Below, piece by piece: positions 13,361 to 26,822 of a DNA stretch of 64,000 nucleotides. The notes under the pieces were generated by a model that saw only the letters and a list, made by a program, of their open reading frames with translations, ran no database searches and was not told the origin of the DNA. The stretch's first letter is position 1. Every line of letters begins with the position of its first letter. This DNA comes from Octopus vulgaris (Eukaryota). The stretch covers positions 183,768,001 to 183,832,000 of the forward strand of contig OX597815.1 in assembly GCA_951406725.2 (NCBI GenBank), in the 5' to 3' direction. The translations under genes and the position numbers were made by a program.

Positions 13361-14512
13361 AACATATCCTAATTCTCTATTTAAATTCTGAACTCGTCAA
13401 TAACTTAGCAGCATAGATATATGAACCTAAAAGCTATTCAGTCTTACAGGTGGTATCAATATCAATGGAGATGTATTTCCTGCAACCTAAAAGCAGTTTG
13501 TGCCTTGAAATATGTTTTACCGTCTTTGTGATTCGGATTATAACATGGAAGTAACTTATCCAACACACAAAAGAATACATTGATTTTCTCTTGTTTACAA
13601 AAAATAAAATAAAAACATCCTTAGAATAGTCAACGAAATCATGAAGAAATGTAAAATAAATATCTCTCTTCAGCTTGGCATCATTGTGGTAAAAGCACGC
13701 GAGAAAGAATACATCTATAAAAGAAAAGAAGAAAATATCTATAATTCTTAAATAATACTTAAAATACATTTTTATTTCGGTGATCGCTTCCACAAAACAT
13801 TTTTGATCCAAGATCGTATTGCGGACATTCTATCTTAACATGAACCAAAGTTACTAACTTAAGGGAGTGATCGAATTTTAGTCCTAATAAAGTGGATCAA
13901 ATCTCCACTAAATTATTTGTGACTCCTCAAAACGGCAGGAGTTTGTGGATTGTCGCAATGGGAAATAATTTGTTTAACCAACTCGTTCAAGAAGAAAGTG
14001 ATTTTTATGGTTCAACACGGTTCACACACACATGCTCATATAATTGTGCGTGATTTTATAAACCTGTGCATGAACAAATGTATATAAACGTAGATAAATA
14101 TGTGTGTACTAAGCAGACTCACAGAGAAAGAGACAGAGAAAGACAAAGGCAAATTTTCAAAGAGAAAGAAAAGAAAGCAATCAAGTGAAAAAGAAAAACA
14201 ATACGGAAAAGAGAGACATAGATTTGAATTAAGTAATTTGGAATACTCGGAAGACTGTGGATGTATTTTAGTGGAAGCCACGCAGCACGGAAATTATTTC
14301 ACATTTTATGACGTACGCCACTTACATTTGTTTCGTCTTTGTAAACTGGTTTTGTTTTAAAGGAAACTTGTATTTATAACTTGTACCCTAATCATTCTGT
14401 CGTTGCATAATCGTTGACCCATTGCTAGATTCATCCGTTCATTTGGCATACATTGTTTTAACCTTACTGGGTTTCTAGCAACTTCCCTCACCAAGAAACT
14501 TTTGTGAAAGTT

Positions 14513-14566
14513 GTTAAGAGCGCTGGCTACTAACCCCAAGATTCGGAGTTCGATTCCAAGCAGTGA

Positions 14567-14614
<48 letters not shown>

Positions 14615-14758
14615 TAACATCGAAAATACCCCAGGAAAGAGAACCCAGGTTCAAAATTTCCCCAAGACACCTGATGAAGGCTGGTGGGTATATCAGCTGA
14701 AACGTTTTGTTAACAACAAACAAGATGAGGACAAATATCTGTCAAATGTAAATAATGT
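14513..14758 (+). mobile_element. tRNA-like head + (AAT)n + HHR-bearing tail element
   Basis: gttaagagcgctggctactaacc...gagttcgattcc head, then (AAT)n, then HHR at 14666-14711. Second copy at 42507-43200. Confidence 0.7.
14666..14711 (+). ncRNA. Minimal type I hammerhead ribozyme motif
   Basis: GACAC-CTGATGA-A-GGCTG(10 nt)CAGCT-GAAA-CG-TT-TTGTT, with one stem I mismatch. Confidence 0.65.
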
Positions 14759-14797
14759 GTAGATTTAATCCTGGACGATCTACCCATGCTACAAACT

Positions 14798-15131
14798 TTT
14801 TTTTTTTTAAAGACTCCGCCGGTTACGACGACGAGGGTCCCAGCTGATACGATCAACGGAACAGCTTGCTCGTGAAATTAACGTGCAAATGGCTGAGCAT
14901 TCCACAGACACGTGTACCCTTAACGTAGTTCTCGGGGATAATCAGCGTGACACAGAGAGTGACAAGGCTGACCCTTTGAAATACAAGTACAACTCATTTT
15001 TGCCAGCTGAGTGGACTGGAGCAACGTGAAATAAAGTGTCTTGCTCAAGGACACAACGCGTCACCGGGAATCGAACTCACAACCTTACGATCATGAGCCG
15101 AATGCCTTAACCACTACGCCACGCGCCCTCA
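14798..15131 (-). mobile_element. tRNA SINE (gtgtccttgagcaag centre, tail B) with poly(A) and TSD
   Basis: TSD catgctacaaact at 14785-14797 and 15132-15144; 3' tail shared with 12977-13360. Confidence 0.9.
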
Positions 15132-15621
15132 CATGCTACAAACTATCAATAGTTTCGAAAGCAATATAAAGCATTGTTGTTGTTATTGAACAATATCTGG
15201 TAAAATGATTTGTTCAAACATTTAAACGGCCAAATAATTCGTTATTAATATAATTTACTCTACTTTGACTAGAAATAATGCTCGCTGTTTCACAGGGAAA
15301 AAGCGAAACGTTAGCCATGTAAAATCCTTAGATTTCTGATTTAGATTTCAACCAGAATGAAAATGAAAAAAAAAAAAAAAAAAAAAAAACCTCTCGCAGC
15401 AGCGATATACCTGATACAGCAAACGTTATACAAAAGCAACAAACGTTAACGTGCCTATATTCTCGCAATACTAACACGGTGACCTAGCAGCAGCGAAATC
15501 AGGAATAACTAAATGCCTTGGAATATATATAGCAGTCTCCTTCACGTTAGGGCTTCAAATTACCCTGATGTTGATTATATATTCATGTCATTGGGTTGAT
15601 TAAAAAATATCAATCAATTAT

Positions 15622-16086
15622 ACCTATTTCTTTACTACCCACAAGGGGCTACGCACAGAGAGGACAAACAAGGACATTTTAACGGATTAAGTCGATTATA
15701 TCGACCCCAGTGCGAAACTGGTACTTATTTAATCGACCTCGAAAGGATGAAAGGCAAAGTCGACCACGGCGGAATTTGAACTCAGAACGTAGCGGCAGAC
15801 GAAATACGGCTAAGCATTCCGCCCGGCGTGCTAACGATTCTGCCATCTCGTCGCCTTATTCAATCAATTATACCATCATTGGAAAACAAGGCAGGCAACG
15901 TCGGTGAGGGGAAATTCGAGTACATCGATCTCCCAGCATTCAACTGTTACTTATTGTATCAACCTCGAAAGGATGAAAGGCAAAGTCGACTTCGGCAGAA
16001 TTTGAACTTGGAACGTAAAGATGGACGAAATGCCGCTAAGCATCTTACTCAGCGGACTAACTATTTCTGCCAGTTTGCCGCCACCT
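15622..16086 (-). mobile_element. Two Meta-like SINE copies
   Basis: Homology to 5338-5570. Confidence 0.8.
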
Positions 16087-16498
16087 TCAAACGGTTTTGT
16101 AATAATCTAAAAAATGATTTATAACAATTATATGTTGAGGAGTGTAATGAGGGTGATTTCAGTTCGAGTACACTAAAGTACAAAGACTTGAAATAACAAA
16201 TTTCATAGAAATAGAAAGAGATCATTTAAATGCCATTGGATGTAAACAGTAAACTGTGCACTATTCTGATTAAATGTACGGCAAATATGAATTGAATTAA
16301 AGCACAGACACAAGGAAATATGTATGTGGGTTGACGGTTTGCCAGTTATGTGGTAGAAATACTTGATTGGTACTTATTTTTCGACTACCAAAAGATGAAA
16401 GGTTAGATCTATTCCTGCGAGATATGACATGAGAATGTAAAGAGATAAAACACAAATTACTACGAGAGAGATATAGGAAGAGAGAGAGAGAGAGATAG

Positions 16499-16529
<31 letters not shown>

Positions 16530-16859
16530 TAGAGAATGAGGGAGAGGAGAGAGAAGACAAAATAAGAAAGAGTGAAAGAAGGGAGGTAGATTAAGGAGGG
16601 AGAGAGAGTAAGAAATATAGCTTCAATTAGTATTAATGTAAGTTTATTCTGATGGACAGAAGGATAAAAAAGTGTTTTGGCGTTAGGAAGTCATCTGATG
16701 CCTCTTTCGTTTCATAACGTTATGAAGTAGACATTAAAGATAGTCTGGATAATTCATTGGCGACAGATTCTCCTTATTTCTAAGTGGAAATGATGAGTGG
16801 CTTGACTCCTCATAGTACAAGGTTTTAATCTTGTAATATAAGAATTTATGAATAAGTGC

Positions 16860-16942
<83 letters not shown>

Positions 16943-16959
16943 CATGATAGCTCGTTAGC

Positions 16960-17142
16960 CACTACACATATGTTTTGTTTCTCCTTGTTTCTCTCCTTGT
17001 TTTTTTCTGTGTCTCTTTCTGTAGAAGAGCGTAGGCTCGAAACGTAAAAGACTTTTTCTATTCCTGAGCGTTATACTAATACATCTGTTTGTTTTCTACA
17101 CCACCCGTCTTCGTCTTTTGTTGTTTTCGTAAACTCTCCCTA
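16960..17142 (+). mobile_element. Penelope-like pLTR fragment in (TA)n, with HHR variant at 17014-17051
   Basis: TCTTT-CTGTAGA-A-GAGC(GTAG)GCTC-GAAA-CG-TA-AAAGA. Homolog at 25775-25968. Confidence 0.65.
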
Positions 17143-17167
17143 TATATATATATATATATATATATAT

Positions 17168-17487
17168 CTTTTATTTCTGTCAGTTATTAGACTGCGGCCA
17201 TGTTGCGGCATCACCTCGAATAACTTTAGGTAGAAATAAATCAGCCAAAGTACTTTTTTTGTTTTAAGCTTGCTAGTTATTCTAACGGGTTCTTTTGGAA
17301 AACCGTTAAGTTACGGGGATGTAAACACACCAGCACCAGCTATCAAACGGCAGTGGGGGATAAATACTGGCACAAAGACACTCACACACAGACAAACGTA
17401 TACACACACACATATATATACGGCGAGCTTGTTTCAATTTCCGTCTACCAAATCCACTCGCAAGGCTTTGGTCAGCCTAAGGTTATA
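17168..17487 (-). mobile_element. CORE-like SINE, 5'-truncated and diverged
   Basis: Homology to 2717-3122. Confidence 0.75.
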
Positions 17488-17496
17488 TAACTGACT

Positions 17497-17502
17497 GTAG
17501 TA

Positions 17503-17584
<82 letters not shown>
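17497..17584. repeat. (AGT)n microsatellite
   Basis: Direct reading. Confidence 0.97.
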
Positions 17585-17585
<1 letters not shown>

Positions 17586-18389
17586 CACATTTTTTTCATC
17601 ACATTCAGCTTCTTATATAATTGTAAGTTAGTGAGAGTCGTGGTCACTTCAGTTTCAAGAACGGAAAAAAAATTGTAAATATGTAAATGAAGTCCTACTT
17701 TAGATTTATTTTTGCAGAATCCTCCCATGAGTCACATCTGTTGTTGATATTCATAAACAACATCATAACATTCCTTTTATCTACTAAACCCATTATACTA
17801 TAACCCTCAATGGTCGTTATTTAGTCAATGCGTCGTTAGCATTGGAGTCGTGCTACCAGCAAGCAATTTAATTTTGTTATTCAGGTTTCAGATGTAAAGT
17901 TTGTTTTGGCTGCAATTTAAAGAGAGCGCGCGCGAAATGGGGCAATAATTTCGTAACTCAGGGACGAATAAATATCGAAACGTTGCTAAGTGTTTTCGTA
18001 TTGTTTTCAGCTGATAATGTAACATAATCAAATCAAGTTGGTGTTTCTGATGCTATTGGAAGATGGCAATGAGAATAATGTATATACCAAAAAGCCAGTT
18101 AATTCCGTTACGAAGAATATGTTTATTTCAAGTAATTGCAAAACTGTACCCAGGGAGAAGGAAGCAGCCAAAATAAGACGTACAGACATTTAAACAAGAA
18201 CATTAAATGTGTGATCGACAATTAGGTCCCCGAGCAAAAAATTAATTTCTTGAAAGTAGGTCATAATATGGAATTTTAAATTCCCAGTATTTTTGCTATT
18301 AATGAGTTTTAGTTGCCGTTTATTTTTATCAGTGATAAAGTTCTAAATAAAGTTTAGATATATAATTTTTTTGTTTCAGTTATTTCTGC

Positions 18390-18756
18390 TCCAGGCGGCA
18401 CTGGTATCGACCGCGCCCGAATGGACCCAGTGCCGCCTGACTCTGTGCCAGCGGTACGTAAAAAGCACTATTCGAGCGTTATCGATGACAGTGCCGCCTG
18501 ACTGGCTTCCGTGCCGATGGCACGTAAAAAGCACCATTCGAGTGCGGTCAATGCCAGTGCCGCCTGACTGGTCCCGTGCTGCTGACACGAAAAAGCATCC
18601 ACTACACTCTCGTAGCGGTTGGCGTTAGGAACGGCATCCAGCGGTAGAAACCTTGCCAGATCAGACTGGAGCCTGGAGCAGCCCCCTGGCTTGCCAATCC
18701 TCAGTCAAACCGTCCAGCCCATGCCAGCGAGGAAAGCGGACGTTGAACAATGATGA
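18390..18756 (+). mobile_element. GC-rich SINE-like element with three ~61-66 bp internal subrepeats and (TGA)n tail
   Basis: cagtgccgcctgact at 18428, 18489 and 18555; ggcgttaggaacggcatccagc motif; ends aatgatgat. Confidence 0.65.
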
Positions 18757-18924
18757 TATACGATATATATATCATTTATAAAACCATCTTTATTGTGTGT
18801 GTCATTTATCGTGCATTTCTTTATTTTGATGTTTTGGGAATTGAATTTAAAAAATGAAGAAAATAGTATAAAAGAAACTTCATAAAAACAACGATTTTAT
18901 CCTAACACTTTCACGCATTTTGTT

Positions 18925-19352
18925 CAGCGTTCTAACGATTCTGCCAACTTGCCGTCTTTTCTTACAACTTAATATCCTTTCTATTATAGGCAAAAGGCCT
19001 GAAATTTACGGGGTAGGGGTAAGTCGATTACATTGACCCCAGTGCGCAAGTGGTACTTATTCAATCGACCCCGAAAGGACAAAAGGCAAAGTCGACCACG
19101 GAGGAATTTGAACTCAGAACGTAACGGCAGACGAAATACCTATTTCTTTACTACCCACAAGGGGCTCAACACAGAGGGGACAAACAAGGACAGACAAACG
19201 GATGAAGTCGATTATATCGACCCCAGTGCGTAACTGGTACTTAGTTTATCGAACCCCGAAAGGATGAAAGGTAAAGTCGACCTCGGCGGAATTTGAACTA
19301 AGAACGTAACGACAGACAAAATACCGCTAAGCATTTAGAGAGTTCGCCACCT
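18925..19352 (-). mobile_element. Meta-like SINE dimer
   Basis: Homology to 5338-5735. Confidence 0.8.
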
Positions 19353-19759
19353 TCTTAAATCTTAATATCGACAGAAATTTTGTATTTCTTAAAAAGGCTA
19401 ATTCACTATATTGTTTCGGCAACAATTAATAGTCAAACATCTTCAAAGGCATATGAACGACCTGTTCGTCTGCAACTGAAGTGACTGACAACAAATTAAT
19501 CAGCAACTTTTGACAACCGAGTAGAACATCCTTTACAGAAGATATACAAGCAGATCGAAGTGTGTGCTGTTCTAACAAGGTCACCCTGAAACTTTTATTG
19601 GCATCATTTCTATCTGCCTAAAATCTTTGGCTGGCTAATATACTTCAGAATATTTCCCTTCATTGGTTTTTTAGAATAATATCAAATGCCCTAATAGGGT
19701 ATTATTCTTTCTGCCAATAACATTTATAATCATAGCTAATCGAAAGGTTTTCCATTGCA

Positions 19760-20058
19760 CTATATCATCTGTATGATGTAGAAAATACTCCATCAATATT
19801 GCCCGAATGATATAGGTTTCATCTTTAAAATTCATCCGAGGCTTGGCCCCTGTGTCATCCGTTCACTACAGAAATCATGTTCGTGTTGTATGACAACACT
19901 ACGACAGAACTATTTCACCTCAACTGGCCCTGCTCTCTTCAACATCGTGCCAGCCGACATAAAGTGATTTCACGGCATTCAAATGGTCCCTAGATGAATC
20001 CCCAACAAATACCAGACAAGCCACACACACCCGGATATGTCTCCGAAAACAATAACTC
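19760..20058 (+). mobile_element. CR1-group LINE C-terminal fragment, related to 750-1900
   Basis: YCPNDIGFIFKIHPRLGP...STGPALFNIVP...QIPDKP aligns with LCPNDLNISFKVHPRLGP...SKGPALFNIVP...RIPDKP. Confidence 0.85.
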
Positions 20059-20332
20059 TAAACGTTTTACCCGGCGTGCTAACGTTTCTGCCAGCCTTTC
20101 TCTATTAAATATGTTAAAAAAGATTAGTGTACATATTCATCTGTTCTTGTTTATTAAGAAATGCAAGAAAAAATGTATAAAGACCAGATGTCGGTAAGGA
20201 TTGTGAAATCACATAAAGCAAGACCTATTTTTTAAGTATATTCTTCTTCAAGTTATTCCCACTTTCCTTTGTAAACTACGTTCAATTCCATCATCGGTTA
20301 TGCGCTCTTCGGTTGGTATATCATAGTAAATG

Positions 20333-20682
20333 TTAACAAGAGCACTCGGAGAGCGCAAATCTCCACCAGGCAACACCAACGTCATCTCAACGATTAGCCG
20401 GAGATGATTTTTAAAATGAGAATATTTGAAATAAACTCGAATGTTCTCACAAACGAGAATACTAAAAATGAACCCAACCGCTCTCAAAACTTAAGTTTAA
20501 AAAATAGGAAAAATAATCCAGAATCCGGTACCGGATCGATCCCAAAATCTAATCAGTTCGTGCCAGTCACGAGGCTAAACATCCCTGAAAGTTTCATCTA
20601 AACCCATCCAGCGCTTCATGGAAAAAACAAACAAACGCGACTGAAAACAATACTCCTGCCTTCGCTAAGGCGGAGGTAATAA
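20333..20682 (+). mobile_element. Helentron-derived (HINE/DINE-like) non-autonomous element
   Basis: Starts aacaagagc, contains aagtttcat and (caaa)n, and ends in the hairpin ctcctgccttcgctaaggcggagg. Family assignment is by resemblance. Confidence 0.5.
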
Positions 20683-21028
20683 GTTTGATGGTAATGACAA
20701 TAAAGAGTAATGATAGTATCAACAGCGCGGACGAGTTGACGAGAAATATGTAAAGATGCAGACGATATGAGTATTAGGATGGTGTGGATTGTAATGAGAA
20801 TGATATTAGTTTGATTGGAATGCTTTATATCGGCTGATAATCATAAACTGTACGGAAAATGTGATTGAATATTAAGATAAAATAGGTTTTATAGTTCCCC
20901 TGCTGTTTAATCTCTCTAGACTAAAGAAGAGACGGTGGCCTAGAAACATAATATTGTAGAACGTTTGTTTTGATGACGCAGAGTGATACAACTTGGATGT
21001 TGCGCAATACAACTCGTTATATCACACA

Positions 21029-21098
<70 letters not shown>

Positions 21099-21404
21099 TA
21101 TGCATATAAGTTTGGCATCTATGAGAAAGTGCGGAAAAGTTCCTGGTTTTGGGTAAATGAAAATATACAAATCGCCGCCTGTATATGACTTAATAATGAT
21201 TTCAAATTTTGGCAGGAGTCAGCAGTTTTTTTTGAGTGGAGGGAAGGGCAATTGGATCGACTGCAGTACTTTAATGGGGCTTAATTTATCGACCACGAAA
21301 AGATAAAAGGAAAAAGTTCACCTCGGCAGAATTTGAATCAAATATTTATGATTTTACACCAATAAAATCATTTTGTAGCTGAATCTCCAAATACTTTATG
21401 TATT

Positions 21405-21802
21405 GGAGTGGCAGCGTGATAAGTAGCTTGCTTACTAATCACACGGTTCCGGGTTCAGTCCCACTGCGTGGCACTTTGGGCAAGAGTCTTCTACTATAGC
21501 CTCGGGCCGACCAAAGCTTTGTGAGTGGATTTGGTAGACGGAAACTGAAAGAGGCCCGTCGTATATATGTATATGTATATATATGCGTGTGTGTTTGTGT
21601 GTCTGTGTTTGTCTCCCCAACATCGCTTGATAACCGATGCTGGTGTGTTTACGTCTCCGTAACTTAGCGGCTCGGCAAAAGAGACCGAAAGAATAAGTAC
21701 TAGGCGTACAAAGAATAAGTCCTGGGGGTCGATTTGCTCGACTAAAGGTTGTGCTCCAGCATGGCCGCAGTCAAATGACTGAAACAAGTAAAAGAGTAAA
21801 AG
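21405..21802 (+). mobile_element. CORE-like SINE
   Basis: Homolog of 2717-3122. Confidence 0.85.
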
Positions 21803-21829
21803 AAAAAAAGAGTAGACTTGGACCGATAT

Positions 21830-23488
21830 TTTGCTAAGCCTGCTGAGGCCTGTGCTGGGGTAGTTACTGCTTGGATTTCCGCTGGTATTAATACCTTGAT
21901 ACCATCTCACAAATATTTGATCGAACCGCATTCCTCACCCTGGTTTTCTCCTGCTTTAGCTGCTGCTATAACCCATTGTAATAATTTTTTTCTGCGAGTT
22001 TCAGCGAGATAATTCTGCAGTGAATAAACAGCCTTTCACCAATGCTCGCAATCACTGTAGGGCTGTCATTCGTGATGCTGAATCAGACTACGAGCAGCAC
22101 ATTCATGATCGTATTTCATCCCAGAAAGTGGGCTGTCGGGACTTTTGGAGAATTATTAAGTGTTAGAGGTAACACTAAGTCTTCTATTCGTCCTTTATTC
22201 AACGGATCTGAGGTCTTAACAACACCAAATGATAAAGCAGAGCTCTTTGCTTAACTGTTTGGTTCTCACTCTATTCTCGATGACTCTGGTCATCCATTTC
22301 CTGATGTTTTTCGTAAAACTGATAAACTGTTACACAGTTGTCATATTACTTCTGCTAAAGTTGCGGCCATTGTGGCATGGTTGGATCCATGTAAAAAAAC
22401 TGGACCTGATGGTAGTGCTCTCCCGATTTGTCTTCTGTCTTATCTAGGTTCTCCCGAAAGTGTATCTCAGAATCTTGTTTTCCTTCTTTATAGAAATCCG
22501 CAACTGTTGTTTCTATCTTTAAGAATTGTGGTGATCGATTTAATTCTCGCAATTATACACCAATTAGTCTTATACCAGTCATCAGTAAGTTTTTTTTAGT
22601 CCTTGATTAATGACTCGCTTGTAAAATATCTTGACTCAAATCATTTATTCTCCGACTCTCAATACGGTTTCTGTGCCGGACGGTCTACTACTGATCTTCT
22701 CACAGTTATATCTGAGCGTGTTTATCGTACCTAGAATGTGTCTGGTCAAGCTGTGGCAATTGCTCTTGATATCTCTAAGGCATTTGCTAGGGTTTGGCAT
22801 GCAGGACTTCAATGGAAGCTCCAATCCTTTAATGTATCAGGTTTCATGCTGAACATCATCTCCTCTTCCCTTTATGACCGTAGGATCAAGGTTGTTCTTG
22901 ATGGTCAATCTTCATCTAGTTACTCTATTAATGCTGGAGTTCCTCAAGAATCTGTCCTGGGCCCAACACTTTTCTTTTTATCAATGATCTGCCGGATCAT
23001 ATCATCTGTCAGCTAGTAATCTATGCTGACGACTCTACTTTGTACTCTTATTTGGACAAATCTAACGACTTGTCTGATAAGGTTGAGATCGCTGCGAACC
23101 TTGCGAATGATCTTCGATCTATTGTTGGGTGGGGTAGGAAAGGACTTGTAACGTTCAATCCATTGAAAACTAAACTTCTTTCAATTAATCGCTTCAAACA
23201 TCTTTTCTTGCAATTCGGTTTCGATGGATGGTATTGACTTACCCGAGAGTCATTCTTTTCCTCTCTTAGGAGTGACTTTCTGTAATGATTTTTCTTGGAG
23301 AACTTACATTGAATCTGTTGCCAGGCGCAGGAGTGGCTGTGTGGTAAGTAGCTTGCTAACCAACCACATGGTTCCGGGTTCAGTCCCACTGCGTGGCATC
23401 TTGAGCAAGTGTCTTCTGCTATAGCCCCGGGCCGACCAATGCCTTGTGAGTGGATTTGGTAGACGGAAACTGAAAGAAGCCTGTCGTA

Positions 23489-23563
<75 letters not shown>

Positions 23564-24350
23564 TTGTGTGTCTGTGTTTGTCCCCCTAGCATTGCTTGAC
23601 AACCGATGCTGGTGTGTTTACGTCCCCGTAACTTAGCGGTTCGGCAAAAGAGACCGATAGAATAAGTACTGGGGTCGATTTGCTCGACTAATGGCGGTGC
23701 TCCAGCATGGTCGCAGTCAAATGACTGAAACAAGTAAAAGAGTAAAAGAGTAAATCGACTGCAATGAAGGTAGACTCACTCCTTCTTTCGAGGGGTTATC
23801 TCACTCCTGAGACTATTCGTTATCTTTATAAGTCCACCATTCACTCCCGCATTGAGTACTGTTGTCATGCATGAGCAGGCGCTCCTGCAGATTGTTTGAC
23901 TCTGATGGACTGCATTCGATTCTGTATTTATAATGCTATTGGTCCTGATCTATCTTCTAAATTGGATTCACTCCCTCATCGACGTCGTGTAGCTTCCTTG
24001 TCACTTTTCTATAAGTATTTTCATGGACATCGTTCAGCTGAGCTCTCTTCTCTGGTTCCTCTTTTAAGAACTTATACCCGATCAACTAGACTGGCATCCA
24101 GTTCTCATCAATATACTGTGCCACCTCCTAAGTGTCGTAAAGCACTTTACAGTACCAGTTTCTTCCCCCACACCTCTGAACTTGGGAATTCAACTTCCAC
24201 AGTCTTCTTTTCCTCTTCAATATGACATCCAGTCTTTTAAGTCTAATGTACATTGTCACCTATTGACTTTTGTCTAGTGTCCATTTATTCTAGTAGCTCT
24301 TACGTTTTCAGTGGTTTAAGGACCTTGTAACGATCGAATGCCTTAAAATA
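21830..24350 (+). mobile_element. Decayed CR1-group (Zenon-like) LINE ORF2, with many stops and frameshifts
   Basis: SPWFSPALAAAI; ALDISKAFARVWH; NAGVPQESVLGPTLF; IYADDST; HRRRVASLSLFYKYFHG. Confidence 0.9.
23323..23751 (+). mobile_element. CORE-like SINE nested in the LINE
   Basis: Full-length copy interrupting the LINE reading ESVA|KSTAMK. Confidence 0.88.
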
Positions 24351-24421
24351 TACATACATACATACATACATACACAATCATATATATATATATACAAACA
24401 CACACACACACACACACACAC

Positions 24422-24493
<72 letters not shown>

Positions 24494-25640
24494 ATATATA
24501 TATATGTATGTATGGATTAGCTATCCCACTACTTAAAACAGAACACTTAACATGTAATAAGGTATTCCTTGACCGATGGCCAGAGATGCAGGCCTAAAAG
24601 AATCTACGTAGCTTTAACGCAAGATAAAACAGTGTAGCCTCTCCGCAATCAGCTCTCTTAATTGAAACCATTTTAATGACGAAACTAAATTTGGAATTCC
24701 AAACACTTAATTACATTTTTGGGATGGTTAAATCAGCAAGCATTTTCTTTGATTGCCTTATTTTAAACGAATCGATTTAAAGCATTCTATAACATTTGCA
24801 TTTCAATTTTATAAATGAACTAGATAACATATTTCTGAGACATATTTTCTTGCAAAGATGACTTGACACTATTCTTTTATTCTTTTACTTGTTTCAGTAA
24901 TTTGACTGGTGCAGTGTTGGAGCATCGCCTTTAGATAGTTTTTTGTTTTGAATCCTAATGATCTCATTCAGCAGTTAATCTTAAATTTGTAATTTGCTAC
25001 TGAAGCACATTGATATTCAACCCATGCGATTGATTCAACTTGTAACAGAAACAAACTCGTCAGTGGCAGCTAATATCGATGTTGGTGCAAGTGTCATATG
25101 TTATGAACAGGATAGCTTTCCTTACTTGACATGCTCAGTCAGAATCAGCATTTTTTAAAAATCAAATCAAATAGTCATTGACTTTTGTTTCAGTCACGAC
25201 TGAGAAGTACATTTCATATCTAGTAGAGAATGCATACTAATAATAAGGAAAATTTGTCGAGTAAAATAGCGTTGAAAGTTAGCAAACCAGTGTCCATATT
25301 GTTTCACAGAATATTATATTCTTAGCCAAAAAATGGAAGATTATGCTCTATGTTGTTTTATAATATAAGCTTTTATATTCAGCACACAATATGCAGCAGT
25401 TTTCTGTCTGTGGCTTAGGAAATTTATCAGCAGTAAACCCATTATTTTGCATTATAACATTTTCCATATTTATGACATATCTTCAGTTCCTAAACACGGA
25501 TCTATTAAATTAGAGTCTACTTAATACGTGTTAACTAGTTTGTAAATAGCGACCTGTATAATAAATATCACTAGTCTCTAGAAAACCATAAATGATTAAA
25601 GTTTATTAAACTGAAATTTATTGAAATGAAACTCATTCTC

Positions 25641-25710
<70 letters not shown>

Positions 25711-25774
25711 GAGATCCTCCATTTTAGCAGCCAGGTATATTGTTGATGACATTGTTGCTAGCCATACTTACACG

Positions 25775-25968
25775 AGCTTCTGCACGGATTTTTTTTCTCT
25801 CCTTGTTTCTCTCCGTGTTTCTTTTCTGTGTATCTTTCTGTTGAAGAGCGTAGGCTCGAAACGTAAAAGACTTGTTTTATTTATATTCCTGAGCGCCATA
25901 CTAATACAATTGTTTGTTTGTATTCCACCTGCCTTCGTCTTTTGTTTATTTTCATAAAACTTCCCGTT
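25775..25968 (+). mobile_element. Penelope-like pLTR fragment with HHR variant at 25833-25870
   Basis: TCTTT-CTGTTGA-A-GAGC(GTAG)GCTC-GAAA-CG-TA-AAAGA. Homolog of 16960-17142. Confidence 0.65.
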
Positions 25969-26483
25969 ATATATATATATATAAGAGTTTTGTGGTAAAT
26001 AAAATGTAAACAGTATGTTATAGTAAATGTACATACGTAAGTAGGAATCATTCTCATGAGTTCGGCAAAAGAAACGCGTTAAAAAAAATCACAGTTCTTA
26101 GGGAGTGTCATGTTTAGCTTCTGAGTTTGAATGTTGCTGGATTCGGCTGTACCTCTGAACGAATTATGTAACAGTTATCGGATTTATTCATGCGTTCCTA
26201 CGCTTCTGCAGAACTGTAGTCATGTACGAAATGAAAAATCCATGGCGAACGATACAGCCACCGAAAAAGTCTTTAGGTTTCCATGTCGGATCAATACCTG
26301 AAAGTTATTGTAGACCAGTGGGAGGGGAAAGAATTTCACTTCACTAACCTCCCCACCCCCGCAACTATACTCCTGAATTACAGTCATCCACACAATGAGT
26401 ACAAAAACGTTAAGTTGGTGATTATTGTTTCAATGCAGCTCGTCCCGTGTAAGTATGGCTAGCAACAGTGTCATCAACAATAT

Positions 26484-26822
26484 GGGTAAAGACCCCCTTC
26501 GGTCATGAATGACCATGGGATTGCACCTAGAAAGTTACCCTCCTAGACACAAGTCCGGGCAAGGTTGTTTATGGAAGACCAGCAGTCGCCCATGCATACC
26601 AGCCTCCCTCTCCACGCCACCAGTGTTATCCAAGGGAAAGACAAAGGTCGATACAGCTTGGCACCTGTGACGTCGCAACTCATTTGTACAGCTGAGTGAA
26701 CTGGAGCAACGTGAAATAAAGTGCCTTGCTCAAGAACACAACACGCAGCCCGGTCCGGGATTCGAGCTCACAACCTCACGATCGTAAGCTCGACGCTCTA
26801 ACCACTGAGCCATGCGCCTTCA
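26484..26822 (-). mobile_element. tRNA SINE (gtgttcttgagcaag centre, tail C) with TSD
   Basis: TSD catcaacaatat at 26472-26483 and 26823-26834. Near-identical copy at 49448-49780. Confidence 0.92.

Noticed and set aside
13434-13811. 125-aa non-repetitive minus-strand ORF
   Set aside because: F/I/K-rich AT-biased composition, non-ATG start, and no recognisable motif.
19424-19586. 52-codon minus-strand frame after a tttcag acceptor
   Set aside because: No recognisable homology or convincing donor; within chance expectation.
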